From the IMG/VR virus record IMGVR_UViG_3300027956_000006: a stretch of 64,000 nt of DNA. The stretch is one strand, 5' to 3'. Origin of the DNA: a virus. The notes below the pieces were generated by a model that searched no databases, was not told the DNA's origin, and saw only the letters and a program-made list of their open reading frames with translations. Made by a program: the position numbers and the translations under genes. Within the stretch, counting starts at the first letter, position 1. Every line of letters starts with the position of its first letter. Below are positions 10,053 to 20,152 of this stretch, piece by piece.

Positions 10053-12307
10053 TCAATTAATTCCTCTATAATATCAACCCATTTAATAGGATTTATGTTT
10101 TGTCGTGCCCAATCTTTGCAAAATAGTCCAATCTTATGTCTATATTCTTCTTTACGTTGTAATAATTTTATTGCATAAAGAAATGAATCATAATCAATGC
10201 AATAGAAGCCGGTTTCACCATGTATTATTCTATCTTTAGTCCCATCTCTTGGTTCTGACAAAATTGGTAACCCAACAGCTAATGCTTCGGCTACAGTTCT
10301 TGGATATTGATCGCGCCACATATTACTAGTCCTATATAAGTAAATATGACCTTTACTTAAAAATTCTTCAACTGACATACTATTCCATTTATGAAATACC
10401 ATTCTTGGTTCATTTTTAAAATAATCAACAAGTTCTTTGTGTGCTTCCATAAACTCAAATCTAGTATTATGGGTATCTTTAAGAAGACGTTCATAGAATT
10501 TAGTATCTAATTCTTTATCTAAGTTCTTTTGCCATAAATGAATTTTTTCACCAGAGCCAACAGATTCTTTAGTGGTATATTTACGATAATCATTAACTGA
10601 GTGTTTTAATATCACTAATTGTTCTTTTTCAGTACGTTGTTTAGTACAAACTTCTAAAAATTTATCCAATTCAATAGCACCAAATAATTCTATACGTTTA
10701 GTATTTTCAAATCCAAGTGCATCTTTATCAAATTCATTACGTTTTTCAGAATTTTGAAATATTATTGCTCTTATTTTATTTGTTTTTGCTAACCAATCTG
10801 TTTTTGGCAGCTCACCATTACAATAGTTGATACCTATAATAAGATCTGAAGATTTTTCTACAAATGGTTGACCGGTTTTACAAAAATCCCAGATACAATC
10901 ATTAGCATAAAATAATAATGGTATGTGAGATTTCATATTTTTTAACATCCCATTTTCATATGAATGCTTCATGATAGGCAATTGTTGATTTAAATAGTTT
11001 GCATGTACACTACCCCATGGATATAAATTAACTTTCCATCCACGATTCATTAATAATTTAGTGATTGTAATTAATGATTGTTCACCACCACCTGATGTAT
11101 TAAGATTACCTAATAAATTAATAGTCTTTTTAAGTTTTTTTACATGCAATTCAATTATACCTTGTTTTATTTTTTCTTTCTTTTTTAGTATTATATTCTC
11201 TTTTAAATATGTATATATGTTCCCATCATAGTATTTAGAAATCGCACGTATAACATCATTTGCAGTTATAGCGTACATACATGCTTGAATTGTACGACCA
11301 GTACTTACAACAGTAGTATTGCATAAATTATCATTATGTGCCGGATCTTTTGGTAATGGTATTGTTCTAGCTTTCCAACAACCACCATTATCACAACATT
11401 CAAAAGCACCATTTGTATGTAAAACTTGATGATTACAGTACCATGTCCATGATGAAGGTTCTCTCCCACCAAGAATAGTTACACAAGGTTTCCGTTCTTT
11501 ATCCCATCTTGAAGGAATCGCTGCGGCTATATGCATTAAAGCGCTTGGACCACAAACGCATCCTTCTGCGTTATAGACAAGTGAAAACAACCCCCTTATA
11601 TCTTTATTAAATTTATCTGTTAAATCTATAACCCCATTTAATTTTTCAACTAATAAATCACTTTTACCAATAGTAACAAATTGTATTCTACCTTTAAAAT
11701 GATTAATAACATCTTGAAATTTACGCCAATCCCAAATCTTTGTAGTACAATCTCTTTTTCCACCTGGTGCTATTACCCAATATTTATCAATATCATACAA
11801 TTCACGTATAATATTCTTTTTTTTCTCTTCATCTGTTAAATGTAAATCACCGCGTTGACGTATAAATTCTTCACAAAAATTTTTATATTTATTACGTAAA
11901 GATATAAATGGTTCTTTTGAAATTGCTTTATGTTTTTCTATATCACCCAATGGTGGGTCACAAACTGTACCATTAGCAAATGTTGCACAAAATTCTCCCA
12001 ATTTTATGGGTAATGCATTATGCAAATCTGCTACCGCTATCATATCAAAAAGAAACATTGTAGAAAAATGCATAGCACTATTATTAACATTCCCTATCAT
12101 CGGATAGCCAACATTATAACGCTCTACACCATCGTCATTTCTTGTAATTGTTTTATCTATATACAGATTGTTTTCAAATACAGCAGGTTGATTTGTATCA
12201 ACATTAATGCTAATGTCTGGAAAAAGAAGTTTAAAGTCTCTTACCCCTGCAGAAAACATGATCGCGTCACCAAGTGCTCGATGATGTGAAAAAATAATTT
12301 TACGCAT
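10049..12307 (-). CDS. GT9-like + GT4-like glycosyltransferase fusion
   Basis: ALGDAIM, APGGKRD...KIW, SALMHIAAA; C-terminal SGGGEQS, EALAVGLP, IIHGETGF. Confidence 0.8.
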   Translation of the reverse strand: MRKIIFSHHRALGDAIMFSAGVRDFKLLFPDISINVDTNQPAVFENNLYIDKTITRNDDGVERYNVGYPMIGNVNNSAMHFSTMFLFDMIAVADLHNALPIKLGEFCATFANGTVCDPPLGDIEKHKAISKEPFISLRNKYKNFCEEFIRQRGDLHLTDEEKKKNIIRELYDIDKYWVIAPGGKRDCTTKIWDWRKFQDVINHFKGRIQFVTIGKSDLLVEKLNGVIDLTDKFNKDIRGLFSLVYNAEGCVCGPSALMHIAAAIPSRWDKERKPCVTILGGREPSSWTWYCNHQVLHTNGAFECCDNGGCWKARTIPLPKDPAHNDNLCNTTVVSTGRTIQACMYAITANDVIRAISKYYDGNIYTYLKENIILKKKEKIKQGIIELHVKKLKKTINLLGNLNTSGGGEQSLITITKLLMNRGWKVNLYPWGSVHANYLNQQLPIMKHSYENGMLKNMKSHIPLLFYANDCIWDFCKTGQPFVEKSSDLIIGINYCNGELPKTDWLAKTNKIRAIIFQNSEKRNEFDKDALGFENTKRIELFGAIELDKFLEVCTKQRTEKEQLVILKHSVNDYRKYTTKESVGSGEKIHLWQKNLDKELDTKFYERLLKDTHNTRFEFMEAHKELVDYFKNEPRMVFHKWNSMSVEEFLSKGHIYLYRTSNMWRDQYPRTVAEALAVGLPILSEPRDGTKDRIIHGETGFYCIDYDSFLYAIKLLQRKEEYRHKIGLFCKDWARQNINPIKWVDIIEELIE

Positions 12308-12313
12308 AAAAAT

Positions 12314-12373
12314 AAAAAACCCTTTTTAGACAGTTCTTCTATTAACAAAAATAAAAGAATTGCCCAAAAAGGG
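12314..12373 (-). terminator. Long hairpin plus U-tract directly before the GT9/GT4 start codon
   Basis: CCCTTTTTGGGCAATTCTTTTATT / AATAGAAGAACTGTCTAAAAAGGG followed by TTTTTT. Confidence 0.65.
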
Positions 12374-12394
12374 CGTGCTTATAAGAAGCGAGAA

Positions 12395-12655
12395 CTACAT
12401 TTTTTTAAATGCTTGTAGTTCGATTAATAAAGATTGTATTCTTTTCTTTAAAACAGCAATATTACGATTACGTTTACGAACAGTATCTTTTAAATGAATA
12501 TTTATTTCTTGTATATTATAAATAATACAATAAATATTCTCATCAATAGCTAAAAGAGTATGTCCTTTAGCTAGACAAAATTTATTAAAAACATCTTTTT
12601 GTTCACCAAATAATGCACCACAAGAACAGATATAATGCATTATTTTACCCACCAA
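12395..12655 (-). CDS. Hypothetical protein (Cys/His N-terminus, coiled coil)
   Basis: ORF track. Confidence 0.55.
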   Translation of the reverse strand: MVGKIMHYICSCGALFGEQKDVFNKFCLAKGHTLLAIDENIYCIIYNIQEINIHLKDTVRKRNRNIAVLKKRIQSLLIELQAFKKM

Positions 12656-12689
12656 TCAAATAATCTATAGCATAACCTTGAGTAATATA

Positions 12690-12718
12690 AGTATAACATA
12701 TAACTCCTTTAATATCAA
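12690..12718 (-). promoter_or_regulatory. sigma70-like promoter
   Basis: TTGATA-17-TATACT with TG extension. Confidence 0.5.
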
Positions 12719-13683
12719 CTTTCTTGTAATAATTTAATATCATTTTCTACCATTTCTTTTACTAATTCTTTAAAATTATGTTTTTGTTTCCATTTGAGCA
12801 CTTTTTTAGCTTTAGTGCAATCGCCTAATAAAATATTTACTTCAGCTGGACGCATAAATTTTTGATCAATTACAACATATGGTGCCCAATCATTAATACC
12901 AATTAATTTAAAAGCTTCAGTTAAAAACTCTTTAATTGAATGTGTCTCACCAGAACATAATACAAAATCATCTGGATCATGATGTTGCATAATAAGATAG
13001 ATACCTTGCACTATATCTTTAGCATGAGACCAATCACGTTTAGCCTCTAAATTTCCTAAGTATATCTTATTAGTGAGACCTAATTTAATTTTAGCTACTC
13101 CAATAGATATTTTACGTGTTACAAATTCTTGCCCTCGTCTTGGTGATTCATGGTTAAATGATATCGCATTACATGCAAACATGTTATAACTAAAACGATA
13201 TGTACGCATCATCGAATATGCAAAACATTTTGATACGGCATATGGAGAAACTGGGTTAAAAGGTGTTTTTTCCAATTGAGGTGTTTCTAAAACTCTACCA
13301 AATTGTTCAGAACTTGATGCTTGTAATATTTTAATCGTAGTATTATATTTTCTAATTGCTTCTAATAATCTTAATACACCAAGACCAGTAATATTAGCAG
13401 TTAATTCAGGTTGTTCCCAAGAAGCAGCAACATATGATTGAGCAGCAAAATTATAAACTTCATCTGGTCGAGAAATAGCCAATGCTTCTAATAAAGAACT
13501 TTGGTCTGTTAGATCTCCATGTATAAGAGTAACATCATTTAGAATATGTTGTATATTATCAAATTTTTCATTACTTTGCCTACGGACTAATCCGTACACA
13601 TCGTAACCTTTTTCTAATAATAATTCAGACATGTAAGAACCACTTTGTCCATTAATCCCTGTAATCAATGCTCTTTTTTTCAT
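12715..13683 (-). CDS. gmd: GDP-mannose 4,6-dehydratase
   Basis: ALITGINGQSG, QASSSE, SPYAVSK, FNHESPRRG, GNLEAKRDW. Confidence 0.93.
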   Translation of the reverse strand: MKKRALITGINGQSGSYMSELLLEKGYDVYGLVRRQSNEKFDNIQHILNDVTLIHGDLTDQSSLLEALAISRPDEVYNFAAQSYVAASWEQPELTANITGLGVLRLLEAIRKYNTTIKILQASSSEQFGRVLETPQLEKTPFNPVSPYAVSKCFAYSMMRTYRFSYNMFACNAISFNHESPRRGQEFVTRKISIGVAKIKLGLTNKIYLGNLEAKRDWSHAKDIVQGIYLIMQHHDPDDFVLCSGETHSIKEFLTEAFKLIGINDWAPYVVIDQKFMRPAEVNILLGDCTKAKKVLKWKQKHNFKELVKEMVENDIKLLQES

Positions 13684-13725
13684 CTTATCCTCTATGGTAG
13701 TAATATTTGGCTGTACTAAAAAGTG

Positions 13726-14160
13726 TTAAAATTTTATACTTAACTTGATAATAGCACCTCCTGAACATCCTTGTGATTTTGGATGATCGAAAATATTATC
13801 AATATATACGCCAGCTGGATATAATGTGATTGTAATTTTATCTTTTAAGGGGAAATTAATTGGTAAATAATTACCTATGGTCCCAAATTCTCTACCTATT
13901 AAGATTGCACCATTACTGATTGAACTAGCATCATACGCAAACCCACAATCTAATGACCATCCAGCCCATAAAATATTCCATTTTCCCCATGATTCAACCT
14001 CTTGCGTTTTAGCTAATTCAAAAGTAGTAAGATTTTTTACTGTTTGATTTTTCCAAGTAAATAAAGCACCTTGCTTAAGTGCAATATTTAAATCTTCAGC
14101 TAAAACAAAATTAAACATAGTTAATACTAATACAGTTATTAGAAAAATTAGTTTTTTCAT
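13726..14160 (-). CDS. Exported or membrane protein with signal peptide
   Basis: MKKLIFLITVLVLTMFNFVLA|E; C-terminal Phe. Confidence 0.6.
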   Translation of the reverse strand: MKKLIFLITVLVLTMFNFVLAEDLNIALKQGALFTWKNQTVKNLTTFELAKTQEVESWGKWNILWAGWSLDCGFAYDASSISNGAILIGREFGTIGNYLPINFPLKDKITITLYPAGVYIDNIFDHPKSQGCSGGAIIKLSIKF

Positions 14161-14406
14161 TACTTTGTCTCCTTTTTTATAGTACAGCCAAATAAAATTA
14201 TAACCAGTCTATCTTTTTTCTAAATTTGAGATTCGTGTACATCAATTAAAATAATTAAACAACTAGTTTATTATTTCTGATGATTTATATGATATATTCT
14301 AGGAAATTTATCTATATTATTATTTCTCCTAAAAAAAGTATAACACGCTACACATAAACTACGTACAAACACAGTATTTTTATCACAATTAATACACTTT
14401 TTACTT

Positions 14407-15216
14407 TTACCAATCATGATTTTTTCTAAAAATAAAATTACTTCTCCAAATTTCTTCTAAGAGCGCTGGTCTATAACCATATTCTCTAGATAAATAAATT
14501 AGAGCCGACAAATCTTTAGGTAAACATTTTCCTGAAAAACCACGTTCATTGTCATCACCTGGAACTTTAGTAAATTTCCCAATACGATCGTCATAACTCA
14601 AGGCTAACCTAATCTCTTCCCAATTTATACCTAATAATTGAGCTATTTCATAAAGTTCATTTGATGTACTAATCTGTGAAGCTAAAAATATATTCGAACA
14701 ATATTTTATATACTCTGCTGTCTTTATATTAACTCTTATAATGGGACAAGTGAATTTGGCTTCTTTATACACTTTTTCTAATACATTAAATACTCGATCA
14801 GTATCCGAGCCAATAACAATTCGTTTACTATTTAGAAAATCTTGATTCGCATTTTTATCTGTTAAGAACTCTGGATTAAAAGCGAAATCAAATTTAGGAA
14901 ATTCTTTTGCTAAACTATTTGTCGTTCCACTTACAGCTGTCGATCGTATAACTATAATCGTTTTTTCTTCATCATCATATGATGCATATTCATTTAAAAT
15001 ACTAATTGATTCATAAATAGCACTAAGATCTATTTCACCAGACTTCTTCATTGGTGTTGGAACAGTAATAAATATTACAGAACAATTATTAGCAATTTCT
15101 TTTAATGTGCCATACTCTTTTTTGTATTTATCATAATAAAAAAGTTTATGTCCACGCTCTAGCCCTCCGGCAGTAGCAAGCCCTACAACACCACACCCCA
15201 CGATTCCAATATCCAT
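14407..15216 (-). CDS. UDP-glucose/GDP-mannose 6-dehydrogenase family (short form)
   Basis: GCGVVG, VPTP, FNPEFL, GFSGKCLPKD. Confidence 0.9.
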   Translation of the reverse strand: MDIGIVGCGVVGLATAGGLERGHKLFYYDKYKKEYGTLKEIANNCSVIFITVPTPMKKSGEIDLSAIYESISILNEYASYDDEEKTIIVIRSTAVSGTTNSLAKEFPKFDFAFNPEFLTDKNANQDFLNSKRIVIGSDTDRVFNVLEKVYKEAKFTCPIIRVNIKTAEYIKYCSNIFLASQISTSNELYEIAQLLGINWEEIRLALSYDDRIGKFTKVPGDDNERGFSGKCLPKDLSALIYLSREYGYRPALLEEIWRSNFIFRKNHDW

Positions 15217-15225
15217 ATTAATCTC

Positions 15226-16218
15226 CTATCGCCATATTTCTGGTGTTTTTTCATTCACCAATTCTAATTTATCTTTTGTCCATGGTTGAGGGCCTAATGT
15301 TTTAGCCCAAGTCACCATTTCTTGTAAACATGTTCTTAAATCTTTTGTTTCTTTATACCCTAATTCATGCATCGACTTCTCAAAACTAGAATACGCATTT
15401 TTAACTTCACGAGGTCTATCTGGTAAATGTGTAATAATAACCTTATCTTGAACTCCCATTACATCTATTAGCATTTCTGCAGCTTCATTCAATGTAATAG
15501 GGTTTATTCCACCAATATTATATGTTTGTCCATTAGTAAAATCTTCAAGACATTTCACATAGCATGGTAACGAAAATTCTATTGGACTAAATGCTCGCTT
15601 TTGCATACCATCACCAAAAATATAAATCTCTTTTTCACCATGCATAATTCTATTTATCCAAATAGCAAAAACATTGCGATAACGGTCTGATAAACTTTGT
15701 CTAATACCCATTACATTATGTGGCTTAATAATAGTGTATTTAAATCCGTGTACTTCTGCTAAAATTTTTGTTGATTCTTCCATTATTGTCTTATTCCAAC
15801 CATATATATCAGTTGGTCGATTCGGCATATCTTCAGTAAATGGTGGCGTTTGTTCTCCGAATGTTGCCATCGACGAAAACATAACCATTTTTTTAAATTT
15901 ATATTTAATGCATGCGTTTAAAACATTCATATATGCCATAACATTGTCTTCTGTGGATTTTAATGGTTCGAATAATGACCCAATTTCTCTCGCGCTCGCA
16001 CAAAGATAAAACACAACCTCTGGTTGCCATTGTGAAATTAACTTTTCAGTTGCATTTTTATCTTTTAAATCAATAAAAAAACATAAATGATCCAATGTGT
16101 TACGCATAAATCCACCACTAAGATTGTCTACACCTATAACCGCATGTCCTTGTTTACTTAACTCATCAGCTATCCAAGACCCCATGAATCCAGCAGAACC
16201 TGTCACGAGAATTTTCAT
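15226..16218 (-). CDS. NAD-dependent NDP-sugar epimerase/dehydratase
   Basis: TGSAGFMG; YGWNK. Confidence 0.9.
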   Translation of the reverse strand: MKILVTGSAGFMGSWIADELSKQGHAVIGVDNLSGGFMRNTLDHLCFFIDLKDKNATEKLISQWQPEVVFYLCASAREIGSLFEPLKSTEDNVMAYMNVLNACIKYKFKKMVMFSSMATFGEQTPPFTEDMPNRPTDIYGWNKTIMEESTKILAEVHGFKYTIIKPHNVMGIRQSLSDRYRNVFAIWINRIMHGEKEIYIFGDGMQKRAFSPIEFSLPCYVKCLEDFTNGQTYNIGGINPITLNEAAEMLIDVMGVQDKVIITHLPDRPREVKNAYSSFEKSMHELGYKETKDLRTCLQEMVTWAKTLGPQPWTKDKLELVNEKTPEIWR

Positions 16219-16230
16219 TTTACCTCCAAA

Positions 16231-17013
16231 TTATGCTTCTTTTATATAAAAATCATTTCCAATTGATTTTAAATATAAATTATTCAATATTTTCATCCAT
16301 TCAGGATGATAATGTACATTACCTTCAGATCCATAACCAAATTTATCATGATTTTCTTTCAAATGGAAAGCACCTTCAGTAAATGTAACTGTTATAAATA
16401 AAATACCACCAATTTTTAAATGTTGTACAAGATATTTAATCACACTTTCAGGGTCTTTCACATGTTCAAGAACTTCGTGTGTAAAGATAATATCAAAGTT
16501 ATCATTTTCACTTAAAAATGTATGATTATTATATGTATATTTAAAATCTATATTTACACCATATTTTTTACAACGATATTCAATAAATTTTATCCAATCT
16601 ATTGGCATATCAATTACAGTTGTTGCATACCCTATGTCATAAAAACAAATTGCATTTGTTAAGTCTCCACACCCATAATCTAATATTTTTTTACCAGGAT
16701 AACAAAATTCATATATATTTTTCATCCATGGTCTATCAGATGAGTTTAAATGGTCGTTAGTGTGGTAACTTTTATGTGATAATTCAGCATATCCATATGC
16801 ATTATAAATAGGATGATTACATATTTTAATTAATTCATCGTGTGTATAATTTTTACTACTATCAATTAAATCATCTGTATTATTATTATGTGTTATATGC
16901 CAACCATGTCTCATCCCTTTCCAATAAGATAAAGGAAATCCACTAAAAGTCAAAACATCTTGTTCAAAAGTTGTTTCTGTAAGGTATTCATTATTCCTTA
17001 CTGGTATTTTCAT
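16231..17013 (-). CDS. Class I SAM methyltransferase
   Basis: ILDYGCG; EVLEHV; LKIGGILF. Confidence 0.85.
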   Translation of the reverse strand: MKIPVRNNEYLTETTFEQDVLTFSGFPLSYWKGMRHGWHITHNNNTDDLIDSSKNYTHDELIKICNHPIYNAYGYAELSHKSYHTNDHLNSSDRPWMKNIYEFCYPGKKILDYGCGDLTNAICFYDIGYATTVIDMPIDWIKFIEYRCKKYGVNIDFKYTYNNHTFLSENDNFDIIFTHEVLEHVKDPESVIKYLVQHLKIGGILFITVTFTEGAFHLKENHDKFGYGSEGNVHYHPEWMKILNNLYLKSIGNDFYIKEA

Positions 17014-17779
17014 TTTTCTCCTTAATTAATTTATAGGGAATAGGGATATCAGCATCTATTTCAAAACAATGTTTACATATCAATGCCGCTTCTTTATTTT
17101 TAATATTATTATGAATTTTTTTAATACCTTTTTTAATTTTATTCACAATATTTATATCAGTAATTTTACCATAAGATATTTCTTGATCTGCTATTCTACA
17201 ACATGGCACAACGATTCCATCAAAGTAAATAAAAAATAATCTATCAATTATGGCACAATCATGTTTCCTTATTATGTTAAGATTATTAATAATACATCTC
17301 TGATATCTTACTTTTTTATCATATAAAAGATCAGAAAAATATTTAAAATCTTCTGTAGAAAAAATGACCGTTCTAAAATGACAATTTATTCCTATTTGGT
17401 TAGCAATAATATATATATTTAATAAATGTGATATATATTCCTTTGGCGTGTTTTTATTTAAACTTAAGTCGAGATATGTTAACCCAGCATATTTTAAATT
17501 ATGTACCATTGGTTCAGTTAATAAAGTACCATTTGTAGTAAATCCAATACTAAAATATGGTGCAGCATATTTTATAAATTTTATTAATTCAGGATGTAAT
17601 AATGGTTCACCCCAATTATGGAGCCAAAGTTCTTTTAATTTAAGCTTTTTACATAGACTAATCGCTTGTCTAAAAGTTTCAAATGACATATATCCATATC
17701 CACGTTTTAGCTTATTTCTAAAACAACCTATACACATTAAATTACATTGATTAGTTAATTCTATTTGACAGTATTGCAT
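16991..17779 (-). CDS. Radical SAM/SPASM(twitch) protein
   Basis: CNLMCIGC, WGEPLLHP, TTNG, DGIVVPCC, CKHC. Confidence 0.9.
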   Translation of the reverse strand: MQYCQIELTNQCNLMCIGCFRNKLKRGYGYMSFETFRQAISLCKKLKLKELWLHNWGEPLLHPELIKFIKYAAPYFSIGFTTNGTLLTEPMVHNLKYAGLTYLDLSLNKNTPKEYISHLLNIYIIANQIGINCHFRTVIFSTEDFKYFSDLLYDKKVRYQRCIINNLNIIRKHDCAIIDRLFFIYFDGIVVPCCRIADQEISYGKITDINIVNKIKKGIKKIHNNIKNKEAALICKHCFEIDADIPIPYKLIKEKNENTSKE

Positions 17780-18321
17780 ATTTTTACTAATACTATAATA
17801 TTATACATGTTATTTTCTAAAGTGTTAAATTGTACTATTTTTACATCATGTAATTGTAATACAATATTTTTCCATTCTTCCGCAGTATGTTCATTTGGTG
17901 CTTGATATTCAAGCTTTATTTCTTCTTCATTATTATGTTGAAATGCTTTAATATCTGGTGCAAAACAAACAAGCATACCACCCTTACGTAATGCTCTAAT
18001 CCATTCTTGAAAAATAGCTACTGGGTTTCCTGGTATATGCTCAATAGAAGCTATAGATGTGATGTAGTCTAAGGAATTATCTTGAAATGGCAAACAATTA
18101 CCATCGCCTACTACTGCATTATGTGCTGGAGAAGCATGTACATCAAGACCTAAAGAGTACATCTCCGGCCCTCCAGGACCACCAACATCAACACCAAACG
18201 CTGCATGTTCTCTATCTCTTGCGCATAATCCTTTAACAAAATCAAAAAGTAAATCTCTTTGTATATCAGAAACCATATTTCTATTTACAAAATGGTATCG
18301 CGCAGGCCCGTCCCACCACAT
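17761..18321 (-). CDS. Methyltransf_11-like methyltransferase
   Basis: GDGNCLPFQDNSLD; IEHI; ALRKGG. Confidence 0.8.
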   Translation of the reverse strand: MWWDGPARYHFVNRNMVSDIQRDLLFDFVKGLCARDREHAAFGVDVGGPGGPEMYSLGLDVHASPAHNAVVGDGNCLPFQDNSLDYITSIASIEHIPGNPVAIFQEWIRALRKGGMLVCFAPDIKAFQHNNEEEIKLEYQAPNEHTAEEWKNIVLQLHDVKIVQFNTLENNMYNIIVLVKICNTVK

Positions 18322-19088
18322 ATCTCATCCTTTCTTATTTGTTTTACTAATTTGTGTTTTATTTTATCATGACACTGTTTACATAATATTTTTCCATTAT
18401 TAATATCCCAAAAAGGTTGATATGTAATTGCTAATCTAATTAATATATTTTTATCATCAATTGGTGAAAATTGTGGATATTGTTGTAAAAATTCATTTAA
18501 TATAATACAAAATTCTTTAATATGATGAGCTTCTAATGTATTATCATGTTTAAAACATTCTTGACATTCATAATTATCTTTTTTAAATACATTTCTCATC
18601 CACTCTCCATATTCAAATGAGTGTCTTATCATTAAATGTAATGGCGTCCTACCATCAATCCAAAAATAACATTTTTTACCACGATTATTAACACCTATTT
18701 TTTTTCTTATTTCGGGATTTAAAAATGCTTTTTTAGTACCATCACTAATCTTTTGTCTCATTATAGGACTCGATAATGACTTTTTAACCTTAATCCCTAT
18801 ACTTCTTCTTAATTTAGAATCTTTATATAAATTGATTAATATTCTTTTTATTTTTTTTCGAGTTGCTGGAACAGACATAGCTTTTTTTGATCTTACACTC
18901 ATTAATTGTTTAATTTTAGGATCGTTGCAGCGTATTTGATTTCTTATTTTATTATTCAATCTAAATTGTGGATCTAAAAATTTATTTTTAATCGCAATAC
19001 CTATCTTTTCTCTCTCTTTTAATTTAGAGAAACGTTTTCTTTGGGCTTGAGATCTATTATTAAAAATTATAGTTTTTTTATTATGCAT
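18285..19088 (-). mobile_element. Free-standing HNH homing endonuclease (basic NUMOD-like repeats + HNH)
   Basis: WIDGRT, VFKKDNYECQEC, LEAHHIK, WDINNGKILCKQCH. Confidence 0.85.
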
Positions 19089-19096
19089 ATAATTTT

Positions 19097-19291
19097 TTAT
19101 ACATTATAATTTTGTTTGTATCTTCTCGCATATTCAGCTTCATCTGTTAATAATATTGGAACATCGCTTTTAGTAATATTATATATTTTGTTACATCTAA
19201 CACAAGTTAATGTTCTTGCTTCTTGATTCCAGCTTAATCTACTTTTACATATCGGACATCCATAAATATTTAATAATTCTTCATTAACCAT
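19097..19291 (-). CDS. Trm112-like zinc-binding protein
   Basis: LLNIYGCPICKSRL...LTCVRCNKIYNI...VPILL. Confidence 0.8.
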   Translation of the reverse strand: MVNEELLNIYGCPICKSRLSWNQEARTLTCVRCNKIYNITKSDVPILLTDEAEYARRYKQNYNV

Positions 19292-19317
19292 ATATACTCC
19301 TTATATATAAATAAATA

Positions 19318-20145
19318 TTATCTACAATGTTGACATGTCCAAGACCCTTTATGCATAGCGACAAACATTTCTTCATAAGAAACTTCTTTACCCGCTTTAT
19401 GTATTGAACATTTATTACAAATTAAAGGATAATGTGCTAAACCACGATTTATATAATAACCATATAAAGGCGTAAGGTCTCTAAAAATATTTGGAAAATG
19501 GTAAGAAAAAGCACTTTTTACAGTAAAATTATTCCCCCCTTGGCACCCTAGTCTATATTTTAATCCATCTTCATGGTGGATATGCATATCATCATTCCAT
19601 GTAAATGTAGTATATCCTCCTAATTTATTAAATGTGTCTTTAGCAATTATTTCTGGAAAATGTCCAAATATTTCTTGTATTAAACCTTCTTTTGTATTAA
19701 TATTACAATATTCATTAAATTCATCCATATGAAAATCATCTTGTGTAAGAACACCAATTTTTGATCCTGTTTCAAATCCAAACCCATTTCCAATTTCAAA
19801 ACCTTGTAAATATGTAGGTGCTAAAATAACATGATGATTTAAATATTTACTCATATTAATATCCCAATCTTTTGATACTAATAAATCATCTTGAAAAAAA
19901 GCGAGATATTCTTTAGTGGCTTTTGTTGCCCCCAAATTCATCAAAGCATACCAATTGCATAAATTGGCTTGATAATACATAATCTCATTATCTTGCAACC
20001 ATTTATATGTTTGCCAAGATGTATATATATCACAAATAATAATATATTCATGCTCTAATTTTGAATGTTTTTTGAGTGTTTCATAACAGAACTTTAATGC
20101 GCCCGATGTATATCTAGTAGGAATTATAACTGAAAAACCGTCCAT
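19318..20145 (-). CDS. GT2 glycosyltransferase
   Basis: FSVIIPT; NLGATKATKEYLAFFQDD; FNKLGGY. Confidence 0.85.
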   Translation of the reverse strand: MDGFSVIIPTRYTSGALKFCYETLKKHSKLEHEYIIICDIYTSWQTYKWLQDNEIMYYQANLCNWYALMNLGATKATKEYLAFFQDDLLVSKDWDINMSKYLNHHVILAPTYLQGFEIGNGFGFETGSKIGVLTQDDFHMDEFNEYCNINTKEGLIQEIFGHFPEIIAKDTFNKLGGYTTFTWNDDMHIHHEDGLKYRLGCQGGNNFTVKSAFSYHFPNIFRDLTPLYGYYINRGLAHYPLICNKCSIHKAGKEVSYEEMFVAMHKGSWTCQHCR

Positions 20146-20152
20146 AGAAATC

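Noticed and set aside
18285-19088. Group I intron around the HNH gene
   Set aside because: Only 8 nt on one side and a gene overlap on the other; no space for a ribozyme core.
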